Assembly: GCA_051294375.1 (NCBI GenBank)
Contig: CM119268.1
Span: 9,483,216 to 9,547,215, forward strand
DNA: 64,000 bases
Reading direction: 5' to 3'
DNA from: Paraspadella gotoi
Lineage: Eukaryota; Animalia; Chaetognatha
Positions 1 through 11,500 of this stretch are shown here, one piece after another (within the stretch, counting starts at the first letter, position 1; the number at the start of each line of letters is the position of its first letter). A program made the translations under genes and the position numbers. The notes below the pieces were generated by a model that did no database searches, was not told the DNA's origin, and worked only from the letters and a program-made list of their open reading frames with translations.

Positions 1-3000
1 TGCTGGAGAGATCTGTCGCGGTTGAAAACTCACCGGGACTTCATTTGGAGAAGTTGGCGGTTAGTAAAGTTTTTTGTTTGTTTTTCGTTTCTATTTCTTT
101 CCTTCTCAATCATCTCTCATAACCGGTCCAGAATCTCTGCGCTAATAGCGGCTTGAATACGAAAGCCAATCTTCCCTCTGACATTTACGATTCTTCTGGC
201 GTCGAATCCGTTGACCACGACGACGATGCTGGTCATATTGAAGTCAATGACGACGATCATAAAGAAAACCTGGCTGATAACCGTGCCGACAACCACGGCG
301 ACGACTTCGAACGGCTGGTGTCTATCGAATCGCCGCTGACTACGGGCGAAACCGTTTTCGTCAGCGCCGTTCAATCCCCGTTATTTTTCTACGTCGTCAA
401 GGTAACAAGCCCAAAAACAAAAGACGGCCACGAGGCTGGGGAATGACGAGTCAGGGCGAGGATGATGGAGAGATTGGGCGGGAAGGACACGAGACGAGAG
501 ACGCAATGGCGCGAAACCTTTTCCCTGCTCTTTCCACAGGAGTCGTCGATGATATTGCTGGCGTCTCTCTCCGCCCGCATCGAGGAGGAGTTGGCGGCAA
601 CGAGTAATGAAAACTTCCAAGTCGCAGTTGGCGTCGATTGCGTCGTCCGCCTTTGCAATCCCGTCAACCTCGTGAGTCGTAATCGATGATTCGGAGAAAT
701 TTTATGCTCTATTAACTTCCATAGTAGATAATATCTACTAGATATGGTATATTAACAAAAAAAATTATTAAAATTAAAATTCGATCATGAATCCCACCTT
801 CCCCATCACGTTGTCGTTTCAGAGCTCCTGTTGGCTCCGTGCAAACGTAGAATCTGTGGTGGAAGCCACGAACGACGAAAATTCCCCCGGGAACAAAGCC
901 TCGACCGAGATTTACCTCGTCGACTACGGCGAAGTCCTCGACGTTCCCGCGGCCAATCTGCGTCCGCCTCCAGGATGTTTTTATCAATTGCCTCATCAGG
1001 CGATCAGGTGCCGTCTGCGCGAAGCCGTCGAGGCGGGACTTCGGAAAGACGATCGAGACGATTTTAGAATGATCGCGGCCGCCTCGGACAGCGAAGGAAG
1101 AGCGAAGCCCTTGACGGCGGCGTTATCTTCTTGTTTGAAGGAGGAGAATGAGGACGAGAATATCCCCGAAGTAACTCTATTCGAAAAGACGGCAGAGGGA
1201 TCCCTAAATATTTGGGCAGCGATGCTGATGCAGGTGGTGGAGGACGAGAAGGTATGCTGGAGGCGATGGGAGGGTGATGAAGTGGTTTGAGTGTTTGAAT
1301 TGTTAGCAAGTTTCGGAAATGCATAAGTGGCAAGGGAAAAAAGAAAGTTAATTCTTATGAAAGTGGTACAACCAATATAAAAATTATTCATTCATTTAAT
1401 AAGCTATCTTGCCCCTGACTTTGGACAAGCTTTGGTGGTTTAAGGCCTTCATCACTCTTATAAGTTGCAAGTTGCAAGTCCCTGCAAGTTTTCAATCAAG
1501 ACTCTCTCACAGTATCGTTTATTCACTCCCAGAGTACCTGGCTTCCTTATCAATGAGGTGGTATAATATTTAAAAGAATGTTTCAATTTTATGAAAAGAC
1601 CACTCCCTTTTATCATTAGATCGGGTAATACTATTTTTTTCTTGCTCCATTACCAAATCGCAGGATGTCATCCACGCAGACATCACGGCGTCGATGAATC
1701 AGCATGGATCATCCAGTGTCCCTAGTGCCGAGAGCCAAATAGAGCTTCCTCATCTTATGAACGACGAGCAAGAAATTAAAAAATTTCAACCGCTGACGAA
1801 TTTAAAGAGTCTCTCTCAGTTTAAGCCTCAGAAAACTCCGACGACGTCAGCTAAAGAAAATGTTGTCGAAAAGAGTCACGTTAAAGTCGCGTGGGCAGTT
1901 GGAAAAACGGTCGAGGAGACGACCACGAGAACGACTTCAATTTCGGAAAATAAGCGGGAATCGTCGGTAGAAACCTTTGCGGAACAGACTGTTGTAGTCG
2001 TAGAAAGGGAACAGGTTGGGCGTAGTTCTTCACCGAGAAATTTTGCGCATACCTTTGAATCTGAAGAAGACGCCAAGCTCGTTGAGAAAGAGCGACTGGA
2101 TGATTGTCCTACCGAAGGTGGTTGCCTGGAAAGTGGACAACGAGAAGGAAGTTTTGTCGAGCAGGAAGACGAATCGAGGCAGACCACCATCGATAGTGAA
2201 AGCGTAAAAGATTTCAGAAGCCGCAGCGTGAATGTGGTTAGAGGAGAGAGAAAAACGCCAGCGTATAACTGCCAAGGAATTCTTGCCAACCAACTCATAG
2301 ATAATAACGAAATTGGCGATCGTCCGTCGAAAAACGTCGTTGATCAAGATGAGCGTGTTGCCGGCTCAGGCCCTCAAGCGCCTCGCGTCGCCACCGAAAT
2401 CTTAAATACACCAACGCCCATATCGTTCGAGTCAGTTAAGACCGAAGATGCAATTAGCGACCACGCCGCGCGCCACCCGTCGACTTCTCCCGCTGTCTCC
2501 TACTCAAATTTTCCCTTGAAGTCTCTTCTGTGGTCCGAAGACTTTGAGAAGGTTGTTAACTATTTTTTGGTGTTATGTGGCAAGATTTTTAGTGATCACT
2601 CTTTTCCGCCGTATTTAGGTCGTCCTGAGAATCTCATCCCCTTATCCCATCGAAAGTCACGAACTTGTCGTCGATGGCACGCGCGTCGTCTTCAGCTACG
2701 TGCGTCAGGAGCCGTTGACTAAACGCTTGGACGGCCTCCGGTTCGAATTGACGCTGTTTGGGGAGGTGGAGCCGGTTGGTCCTTTGCCGATGAGTTGTTG
2801 CGAGATTCGGGAGCTGGGAATCAAGATCCGCTTGAAGGTGAAACCGAGATGAGGGTATTGAGAACAACAATTTTTTTAAAATTAATTAATTAATTGGGTT
2901 CATTACGATGCAGAAAAAGCTCCGTTGTCGTTGGAATCGTCTTCAAGCGTCGAAAACGACGCCGCCTTTTGTTGTTTACGACCACAGCGCCGTCTGCAGT

Positions 3001-3745
3001 GATGACGAAGACGAGGATGACAACGACGACGAGTATGAAAGGTCTCACCCTTTCCTGGCATACAGAGCCGAAGACGCGCGTTCGAGGTAAGAGGAAAACT
3101 TCCTATTCGAGAGTGGCTGCGTTTGTTTCGTAAATTGGTAATTAACAAGTTCTACTTATAAAAATTGTTAGTTTAGACGCGAGTACTCGCGGAGCAACTT
3201 TATTAATATTATTGCTTTTTCGGTTGGTCGGGCTATCAATCATATATCATTTGATACCGACTACCGAGTCATTGTAGTTATTAATTGGTGTAGTCACGTG
3301 ACGACGTACAAATAGGGCGACGTGATCCGAATTTTACACGGCTTTTAGTTTTAGTTTATACTTTGCAAATAAATGATAAACCAAACGATACTGGTGCATA
3401 TTTTTTATTCAGTAACGTGATCGTCTAAAAATGCGTGAACATGAAAAGTTACTGCGGTGCAATACCTTGAAAAAAAAATGCTTTAAAATCTTTCCCATTC
3501 CCCTTTTCAGACGTGATAAGCTGGACGAGGCTAAAGCCTCTCGTCCCTTGAAATGCTTCAGCCCCGCGGATGTTGACGGTGGTCCTCATGCCATCGCCAC
3601 GCCTTCTCCTTCTTCGTCCTCCTCCTCCGATGACGACGACCACGTGGACAAGGTCGTCAACCTCGACTGCGGAGGAGTTCGTGATGACGAAGAAGAGGAG
3701 CGAATATTTCCGGACGGAAGGAGACGAGGCGAATTTTTCTCATAA
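1..3745 (+). CDS. 3' part of a Tudor-domain protein with a C-terminal CS (p23-like) domain, TDRD12/Yb-family-like; 5' end lies outside the window
   Basis: Exons at about 1-58, 131-401, 540-671, 821-1251, 1664-2551, 2619-2837, 2914-3087 and 3511-3745 with GT-AG ends. Extended Tudor: VFVSAVQSPLFFYV...WLRANV...IYLVDYGE...FYQLPHQAIRCRL. CS-like C-terminus: LLWSEDFEKVVLRI...FELTLFGEVEP...IKIRLKKKLRCRWNRL...FVVYD, followed by an acidic tail. Confidence 0.7.
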
Positions 3746-4844
3746 TTTTTCATACTGAATCAAAGATCAAATGATGTATTATCGAAGTGACCAAAACTAA
3801 AAACCGTCTCGAATTAACAGAATTTGAAAATTGCAAGAGGAAAACCGTAGAAATTCTCGTTCCTGTTACTTCACATATGTGATCGTTAGTTATAGATTTT
3901 TTTTGGATATTGAATTATATTATAAATGGTTATTGAATCATTTTCTCACTGAAACATTTTTTTTTGTATGTTTACTTGGAAGAATTTTTTGTGTACGTTT
4001 ACCTACTTTTTGTTCATTAAGCTATTTCTTCTTTCAGTTAATAACCGTCGTTACTGCCTCCATAAACCCAAACTAACTTTTGATTTTTTTATGAGAACGG
4101 CGAGGGACTGATTGCGACTCCAGGGGGTGAAAATTTCTTGTCATTGAAGCTGTCTTTTCTTTCCTATAAAAAGCGATGACCTTTTTTTCTCGTGTTAAAA
4201 AAAATGTTTGCTGTATTTTGTTGTATTCTGCTAGGAACAAAAAATGGAATTGTATTTAATTTATTATACTTAAATAAAATGGGTAAACGATAAGCACCCG
4301 GCTGTTTAATTGACTTGCCCGACAATTGGCATCGAATCAGGTCGGGTACAATCGTGTTGAAATTACCAAGAAATCTTTTTTTCTCCGTTCGGAAATTGCT
4401 TAAACCAATTAACTTAATCTGTTTTTCAGTAAACCGATGCAAAAATGAACATCGCTTACTTACCCATGGGTTCGATGCAAATCGGCCCCAACGGAGAGCT
4501 AATACCTACTTCGATCCCCGCTTCTCGATCGGAAACCTTTCACGCTCTCACCTCCGTTCCCGTCTCCACGCATGGGTGAGGTTCAAAATTAAATATCGAT
4601 GCTGCTCTTCTATGTTTTCTCCCGGATCTTTTGACTTTTGTTTTAAATTAAGGTTCTTGATGTTTTTTCTGTCTGAAATTCTCGATTTATTTTTACCGTT
4701 AAGGAATAAGGATTTGGTGAGAAGTTATAGGGTAGTTAAGGTGTTATATTACAAATATTTTTATCTCGCCAGTTGGGCGATTGCCCAACTTTGGCGAGAT
4801 GTTAATTCGTTTGCTTCTTTTGACCGTAGTTGTCGTCGCATCCA

Positions 4845-4962
4845 TCATTTGGTTATCATCGTATCAATCATTTGGTTATCATCGCATCAATATTTGGTTA
4901 TCATCGCATCAATCCTTTGGTTATCATCGCATCAATCCTTTGGTTATCATCGCATCAATCAA
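4845..4962. repeat. Minisatellite, about 5 copies of a 21-23 bp unit (TTGGTTATCATCGCATCAATC)
   Basis: Tandem copies visible directly in the sequence. Confidence 0.9.
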
Positions 4963-5111
4963 TCAATTACTATTATATTAATAATTCGTTATTGCATCAA
5001 TCATTCAGTTTTGTTTTTTAAATTTTTTTTTTAATTTTCTTTGATAGTAACGTCTGGCGAGATCACTATACTTTTAAGATTTTTTTACCTAAATGACGAT
5101 CCAGATTATCC

Positions 5112-7033
5112 ATGATGGACCCTGCGAGTGCTCACAACGCCGTCGCAGGGATGCCCTTAAACCACCTACAGCAGTCCTTGGCCATACCGCAGATAGCCTT
5201 GCAAAATTCGCCTCAACAACTAACAGAGCAGCTGCACCACCAACAACCTCCACCCCTTCACCAGTCCCACTCAGCGGAAAAAAAATCTACAAAGGTTCGT
5301 CATCAGCGCGAAGTTGTCATGGCGACGACAATGACATCGCCATCGACGACCGAGGCTTCCGATGAGAGCGAAATGGTGCCTGAGTTAATACCGATTTCGG
5401 CACCAGTCGGCGCTACGCCGATTCTTGTGTCAACCTCGACGACAAGATCTCGGCAAAAAGAGCCGGTCACTGGTGAGTATTTGTTCAGAGGGAGATCATA
5501 GGCAGCGTTGCATAGCAGTTATTTTTAGCTCGAATTATCCAGTTTGGGTTTCTCTTTCATTTTTATCGTCCCATTCCACCCAATAGGTTACACCATTGTC
5601 AAAGTTGAACACCCTCCCCCTCCCCTCGTACTCTCCCCGTCCGCGTCCGTCCAATTACAACAACCTGGCTCGCAAGTTACCCACATCCCTCTTTCCCCCA
5701 CCTCGTCGCGCGCCAAAGCCCCTCAGCCCAATCACGTTTGTGCTATCTGTGCCAAAGATTTTCAGTCGGACGGTAACCTGAAACGCCACATGAACGACTT
5801 TCACGCTGTTGCCACTGACCGCTCGGGATTCCGATGCGAGTTGTGCGACAAGGAGTTTCAGAACCGCTTCAACTTAAGGCGGCACCGCATCGGGGTTCAC
5901 GGTGGCGCGGAAACCCTGTACAGGTGCAATAAGGCTCCATCGTGAAAGGAAAAAAAGCTCTTTACTTTATTTTTTCTTGTGTATTCACAGCTTTTTGGAT
6001 CAGCGTATCTACAAATCTGCAAAAGGGGGAATATGAGAAATAAAGAAAATGAAATTTTTCCCGCTCTTAGGCGAAACCCACCGCTCAAAGAACTCTCTCC
6101 CACCAGGTGCGATCTTTGCTTCAAGGATTTTAACTACGGTGACAATCTGAAGCGGCACAAGAAAAACGTTCACAACGTGAGCACGGTCGAGAGATTGGAA
6201 GAGGGCGAGACGATGTCGCGCGGAATATCGAAGCTGGAAGTGATGGCGGCGCGAGAGACTCTGGCTTCGATGGAGCCGACGATTGCGGCGTCTGTCACGT
6301 CGACAGCGACAGAAACTTCGCCGTTGACTTTGTCAGAGGCGACGGTCAAGGCAAAACCCTTCATCTGTAACATTTGCCACAAAAACCTCAAAAGGTGTGA
6401 ACATTTACGTTTGATAAATAATTTACATATTTGTAAATGACGTTTTTATAATAATGAATTAATTAATATAACATCCTGGGCTCATAGTCTCTAATCAACA
6501 ATAATCTTTACTTCCATCAGTAATTTCAACCTGAAGCGCCATCACATCGCTGTTCACAAAGAGACGCGAATACTCTACGGATGTGACGAATGTGAAAAGA
6601 ATTTTACAAGCATTACCAACTATCGACGGCACAAGGTGATTCAAATTTCTCAATTTATACGTAGTGTGGACACCGTCTTTTAGGTAGTTTTGAAAAATTG
6701 GAAAAAGTACTTAAACGAAATAGTCACAAGACACGCGGAAGTTTTTTGAAAAAAGAATTCGGTTTTGATTTGACCCAGGTCATGATCCACGGTCCTGGCA
6801 AAGAGGCCTACCGGTGCCACGCCTGCCAAAAGAACCTCGCCAGCAAGGACGGACTCCGTCGACACATGGAGTCGGTGCACCACACCATCGAAAAGAACTT
6901 CGTTTGCGACTTGTGCGATCATCGGTTTTTACGAAAGGAGTACCTGGCCAAGCACAAGAGAACTCACGAGTACAACGCTTACGGATTACCAAGGATAGCC
7001 GCGACTGTCGTTTCCAGTCCTAACCTTTTATGA
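5112..7033 (+). CDS. C2H2 zinc-finger protein with 7 fingers
   Basis: Exons at about 5112-5472, 5587-5923, 6106-6393, 6521-6634 and 6779-7033. Fingers CAIC..HMNDFH, CELC..HRIGVH, CDLC..HKKNVH, CNIC..HHIAVH, CDEC..HKVMIH, CHAC..HMESVH and CDLC..HKRTH; splice phases are consistent. Confidence 0.9.
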
Positions 7034-7644
7034 CCAGGAGTTGGGGAAGGGTCCAGCTTTGACGGAACGGATTTTTATTGGATTGTTTTTGGGCAGGGGG
7101 TTTTAGATATGAGGGATGCAGGGGTATCTGAATGGAAAGAAGTAAAATGTGATATCGATTCTCTTATCTTTTTATATTTTTCTTTGTGTATATTAGTTTC
7201 GTTTTATTTTAAAATTATGAATACAAATTGTTTACGCAATGCTTTTGTGTCTTGAATAGTTTTTTATAGTTTTTTTTATTCATTTTGTACAATTTAATTA
7301 TATAATTAAATTATAATTTCAGGTTCTAGATTTCTATGGTTTAAAAAAATAAAAATTATTTAGTTTTTATCGTAGCAATCGCTTGTGCTTGCGACGATTA
7401 TGGAATGATGGTCCCAATAAATGGCGCCGTCGTCGGCGTTCCAAATTATAAATCGACTTTTTTATATTATTTGTATTTGTATGAAGCTGAAAATTCTCAA
7501 GGTTCTTTAAAACTGATGAGGTTATATATTATATATTATTTCTTTACATTTTATATAATATTTTTCTCAGCTTCGAACTCGTGATGTCAAGCATCAAGTC
7601 GCGCATGTTATTATTTTACCAGGATTTATATCTTTTTATCTCTC

Positions 7645-7845
7645 ATACATTTATTTATTCAATTTCTTTGATTAAATTTAATTAAATTCGTTCAATTTAT
7701 TTAAATTTAATTCATTCATTCAATTTATTTTATTCAATCAATTCATTTTATTCAATTTATTTTATTCAATCAATATATTTTATTTTATTCATTCATTTCA
7801 TTTCATTCAATTCATTTTATTTCATTTTATTCATTCATTTCATTT
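7645..7845. repeat. Degenerate (ATTC/ATTT)n low-complexity tract
   Basis: Seen directly. Confidence 0.8.
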
Positions 7846-8518
7846 TTTTGATATATTAAGCCAATTTGGTTTTTTATAAAACTTGGTTTTCCTGTATCAA
7901 ATTATATTTTTTGAGTATCAAAGTTTGTCGTGGGTCTAGATTTTGATTGTGACGATCCTTATGCCTTTAAGATTTTTTTTTTTACAGTTCATGAGAGTTT
8001 GAAAGCTAAGGCTATTTAAAAAAATATATAAATAATTGACTAAAAGTGTAAACAAGAAAAAGGTGAGTTAAAATAGTTTAGTGAGAGAATCTTCGGACAA
8101 AACGAGGTTTCTAGGGGCAATACCCCTTTCCCCTCTCCTTTGCTGGACTTACTGTCAAATCAACGGCATTTACTTGAATATTGGTTTTGCTTCGTCTCGA
8201 ACGAGCGGATGCGCTTTCAAGTCTCGTCTTCATCTTTATTCGACTTTACCTCACTCACTCAACGAGGCTTCTCTGTACTTCATTCTGAAGTTCGGTATCC
8301 AAGGTGCACGAATCTTTTCGTAGAGTGACGCAACCGTTTCACTTATTAATTTTATTATTCATTGTCTAAATCGTCACATACCCTTTGTACTTTGTTACTT
8401 ATTATTTATATTTTTTAAACGATAAGTTGGTTAGAAATAATCAACCGAGCCGATTGAATTTTCCTTAGTCAAAGAAAATATAGTGGTGAGTGATCCAACT
8501 ATTTTAACATAATAAGAC

Positions 8519-11500
8519 ATGTCGAATGAGGAGAGCGGAAAAAACTTTTCCCCGCCACCGAAAAAGGCGAAGCTAGCGGATATTTGGAACGAGGTCGAGG
8601 TGACGGAGAATCGTGACCGCGTCAACGCCAACGGAGACGCGACTTTAAGAGACGACTCGGACACGTGCGAGGCATCCTCTGAAACGCTCGTCGACAATGA
8701 GAGTCGTTCGGAAAAGGTTAGCCGTAAAGGGAAGAAGTTTATAGCTGTTCATTCCCTAGCGCTAGAAAAATTGACATTAAGAAATTAACGCAAAACCATA
8801 GTAATTCAGATTATCACTGCTAAAGTTACAAACTTTGTTAAACCTAATTGCTGCAGATAAACTTTGTTGAAGAATCTTCTGAAAACGTCAAGGAAGATGA
8901 ACCGAACGACACCGACGAGAGCAGCGATGATGACGATGACGACGATGACGATGACGACGATGACTCCAGCGACATCAGTGGATTGTTGGATCTTAGCGGG
9001 GAAGAATGGAAACCCACGGCGGGCCCCGTCGCCTGGGTCCAACGGCAAGCGCTTTCGGGTTAGCTACATAATATAGCTACTTTTTTACTCTGTTCTTACG
9101 TTATTTGAACTCCGTCAAAAAATGAATTATGATGCAGTGCAGCAAAATGAATTAAAATCTTATGGCAACGGTGAAATTTCCTTGTGATCCTAGGGTCACA
9201 GAGCATCTAAACGATCCACTCGAACTTAAGACCTTTATGTTCGCCTCGTAACACTTACATGCTGTGAACCCGGATCCGTTACGCTTTGCCAATGGGAATG
9301 CCTTAAACTTTATCATCCAAATAATAGTATCATTCGTCAGAATTATAAATTATTTACGTCCATTTGCAAAATTATTCTGTAGTAGTGAGAAATTTTTGCC
9401 GATTATGGGTAGATAAGAACATCAAGTCAACGTTCGCCGCAAAAATTCTTTCCTCATGTAAAACATCTTAGGCGCTGATCCACGGGAGCTCCTCAAACAA
9501 CTGGTGCCTTCGGTGAGGATTCCCAATGAGGGCGTCGACCAGATGGAGTTGTGGCTATTTTTGCTTCAGCTGATGTCGGAGCCCCCAAGGAGGAAAAAGC
9601 TCCCAAATTACAACACCATTGACGACGCAGTCCGCCTCATCAGGGAAGCCAAAAATATCGTGGTGCTCACAGGTAGGTCGTCTGCAAAGTATAAGGAAAT
9701 CAGCCGAAATAAAAAACGAGTTATTCTTAATAATGAACCGAGTTATTATTTAACTTGCTATCAAGTCACTAATAAGGAAAAATGATAATGTTAAACTTGT
9801 AACGCAGCCGAATAAAAATCTATCAATACTACTTTATCATAACACGACAATATATTAATGATTAAATGATTAAAATAAAACTTGAATAAAATAGAATAAA
9901 ATTTGCTTCTGATCTACTTGCGATTTTGGTATTAGGTGCCGGCGTTTCCGTTCCATGTGGCATCCCTGACTTCCGGTCACGCGATGGAATCTACGCTCGT
10001 CTCGCCGTCGATTTTCCGGACCTTCCCGATCCACAGGCCATGTTCGACATATCCTATTTTAAGAAAAACCCAAGGCCGTTTTTCAAGGTTGGATAAAGAC
10101 TTTGAGTTTTGGGTGCCTCGACGTCTCATCTTCCCTTAAAATTTTTTCTCGGCTTTAGTTCGCTAAAGAAATCTACCCGGGGCAATTCCGACCTTCGTTG
10201 GGTCACATGTTTATCAAGGAATTAGAGAGTAAGGGGAAACTTCTCCGCAACTTCACCCAAAATATCGATACCATCGAACTCGCGGCTGGTAATTAATATT
10301 TGTCAAGAGTATTTCGTGACAGGGGCTTTTGTTAATTCATCAACTATTCTGTATTTCCTCTCTGTATCTTCCTCCATTAAAATATACAGTCATGATTTTG
10401 GCAGGAGATTTAGTAGTTAATAGTTTGATTTGGTCTTTACATGCCAATAATATAAAAAAAGAAAAATTAATTCTGGAGGTTATATGTTTATTTTTAAATA
10501 AGCACTTATCTTCAGAGACTTTTGTTTCCCTCAAAGGTGCATAACAAAATGAGCTGAAGATCAGTGCTTAATTAAAAATATACATGTTACCTCCAGAAAT
10601 AATTTTTCTTTTTTTATATTATTGGTATGTAAAGACCAATTCAAACTTAACTATTAGAAAATGGTCTTCCGTTTTTTCGAACCGAGAATCGGTTCGGATC
10701 AAACTACTAGACCGACATTGATGAAATTTTGCAATAGAAATCGGACTAAAGAGGGGATTTTTGAGATTTTGAATATTTTACCCCAGAGCTATCATACAGG
10801 GACATGGGGACTGGGGAGTCGCCCCAGGTGGGAAAAAAAATGAACATTTTTTTTCTCCAAATTTTGTAAATTTTTTCATCCCAAACAGTTGCAGAAACAT
10901 TCATTAGGAGAGCAAAAATTAGATATAAAATAATGGACTAACAATGTTGAAAAGAAGAAAAATCAATTACAATTTTGTTCAGTGATTTTTTTTTTTTTTT
11001 TTTTTTTCTGAAAAGAAAACAGAGCAAACAAATAATTGCGGGAATGGTTGCAAAAATATCTTATGTCAACAATAAACGAGAACAAATAAGGGGAAGATAA
11101 AAATGAAAAAGAAGAGATCGGGAGACAAAGTTAAGCAACTCCGTCCACATGAGACGGCAACTCAATCACGGGACTTCGGGAAGCGAGCAGGTCCCCGTTC
11201 TCGCGCTGAAGGCAGACAAAGTCTCTCAAAAAAGTGCTTAGACGTTTTGCCGATATCTAAGCCTGCATTCGTTGCTTGGAGTTTGGCGAAATCTTTTAAA
11301 TTTGAGAAAGCATCCAGGTCCCATGCCCCGAAGGTAGTAACAACCAGAGGGATGAAGCCAACGTCGGCCGGCAGTTTGCCTTCGTACTTAGCATGTTTGG
11401 CCTGGCGAGCTCGTTCCAGGGCATAGGTGGGGTTGAGGATGGTATGACCAAAACAGTCCTGGCGAAGGGGAGAGGTGACAGTAACATCAAAGGCTGTGGT

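Noticed and set aside
4315-5034. 239-aa ORF
   Set aside because: Runs through a probable 5'UTR intron and a minisatellite; no motif; hydrophobic low-complexity artefact.
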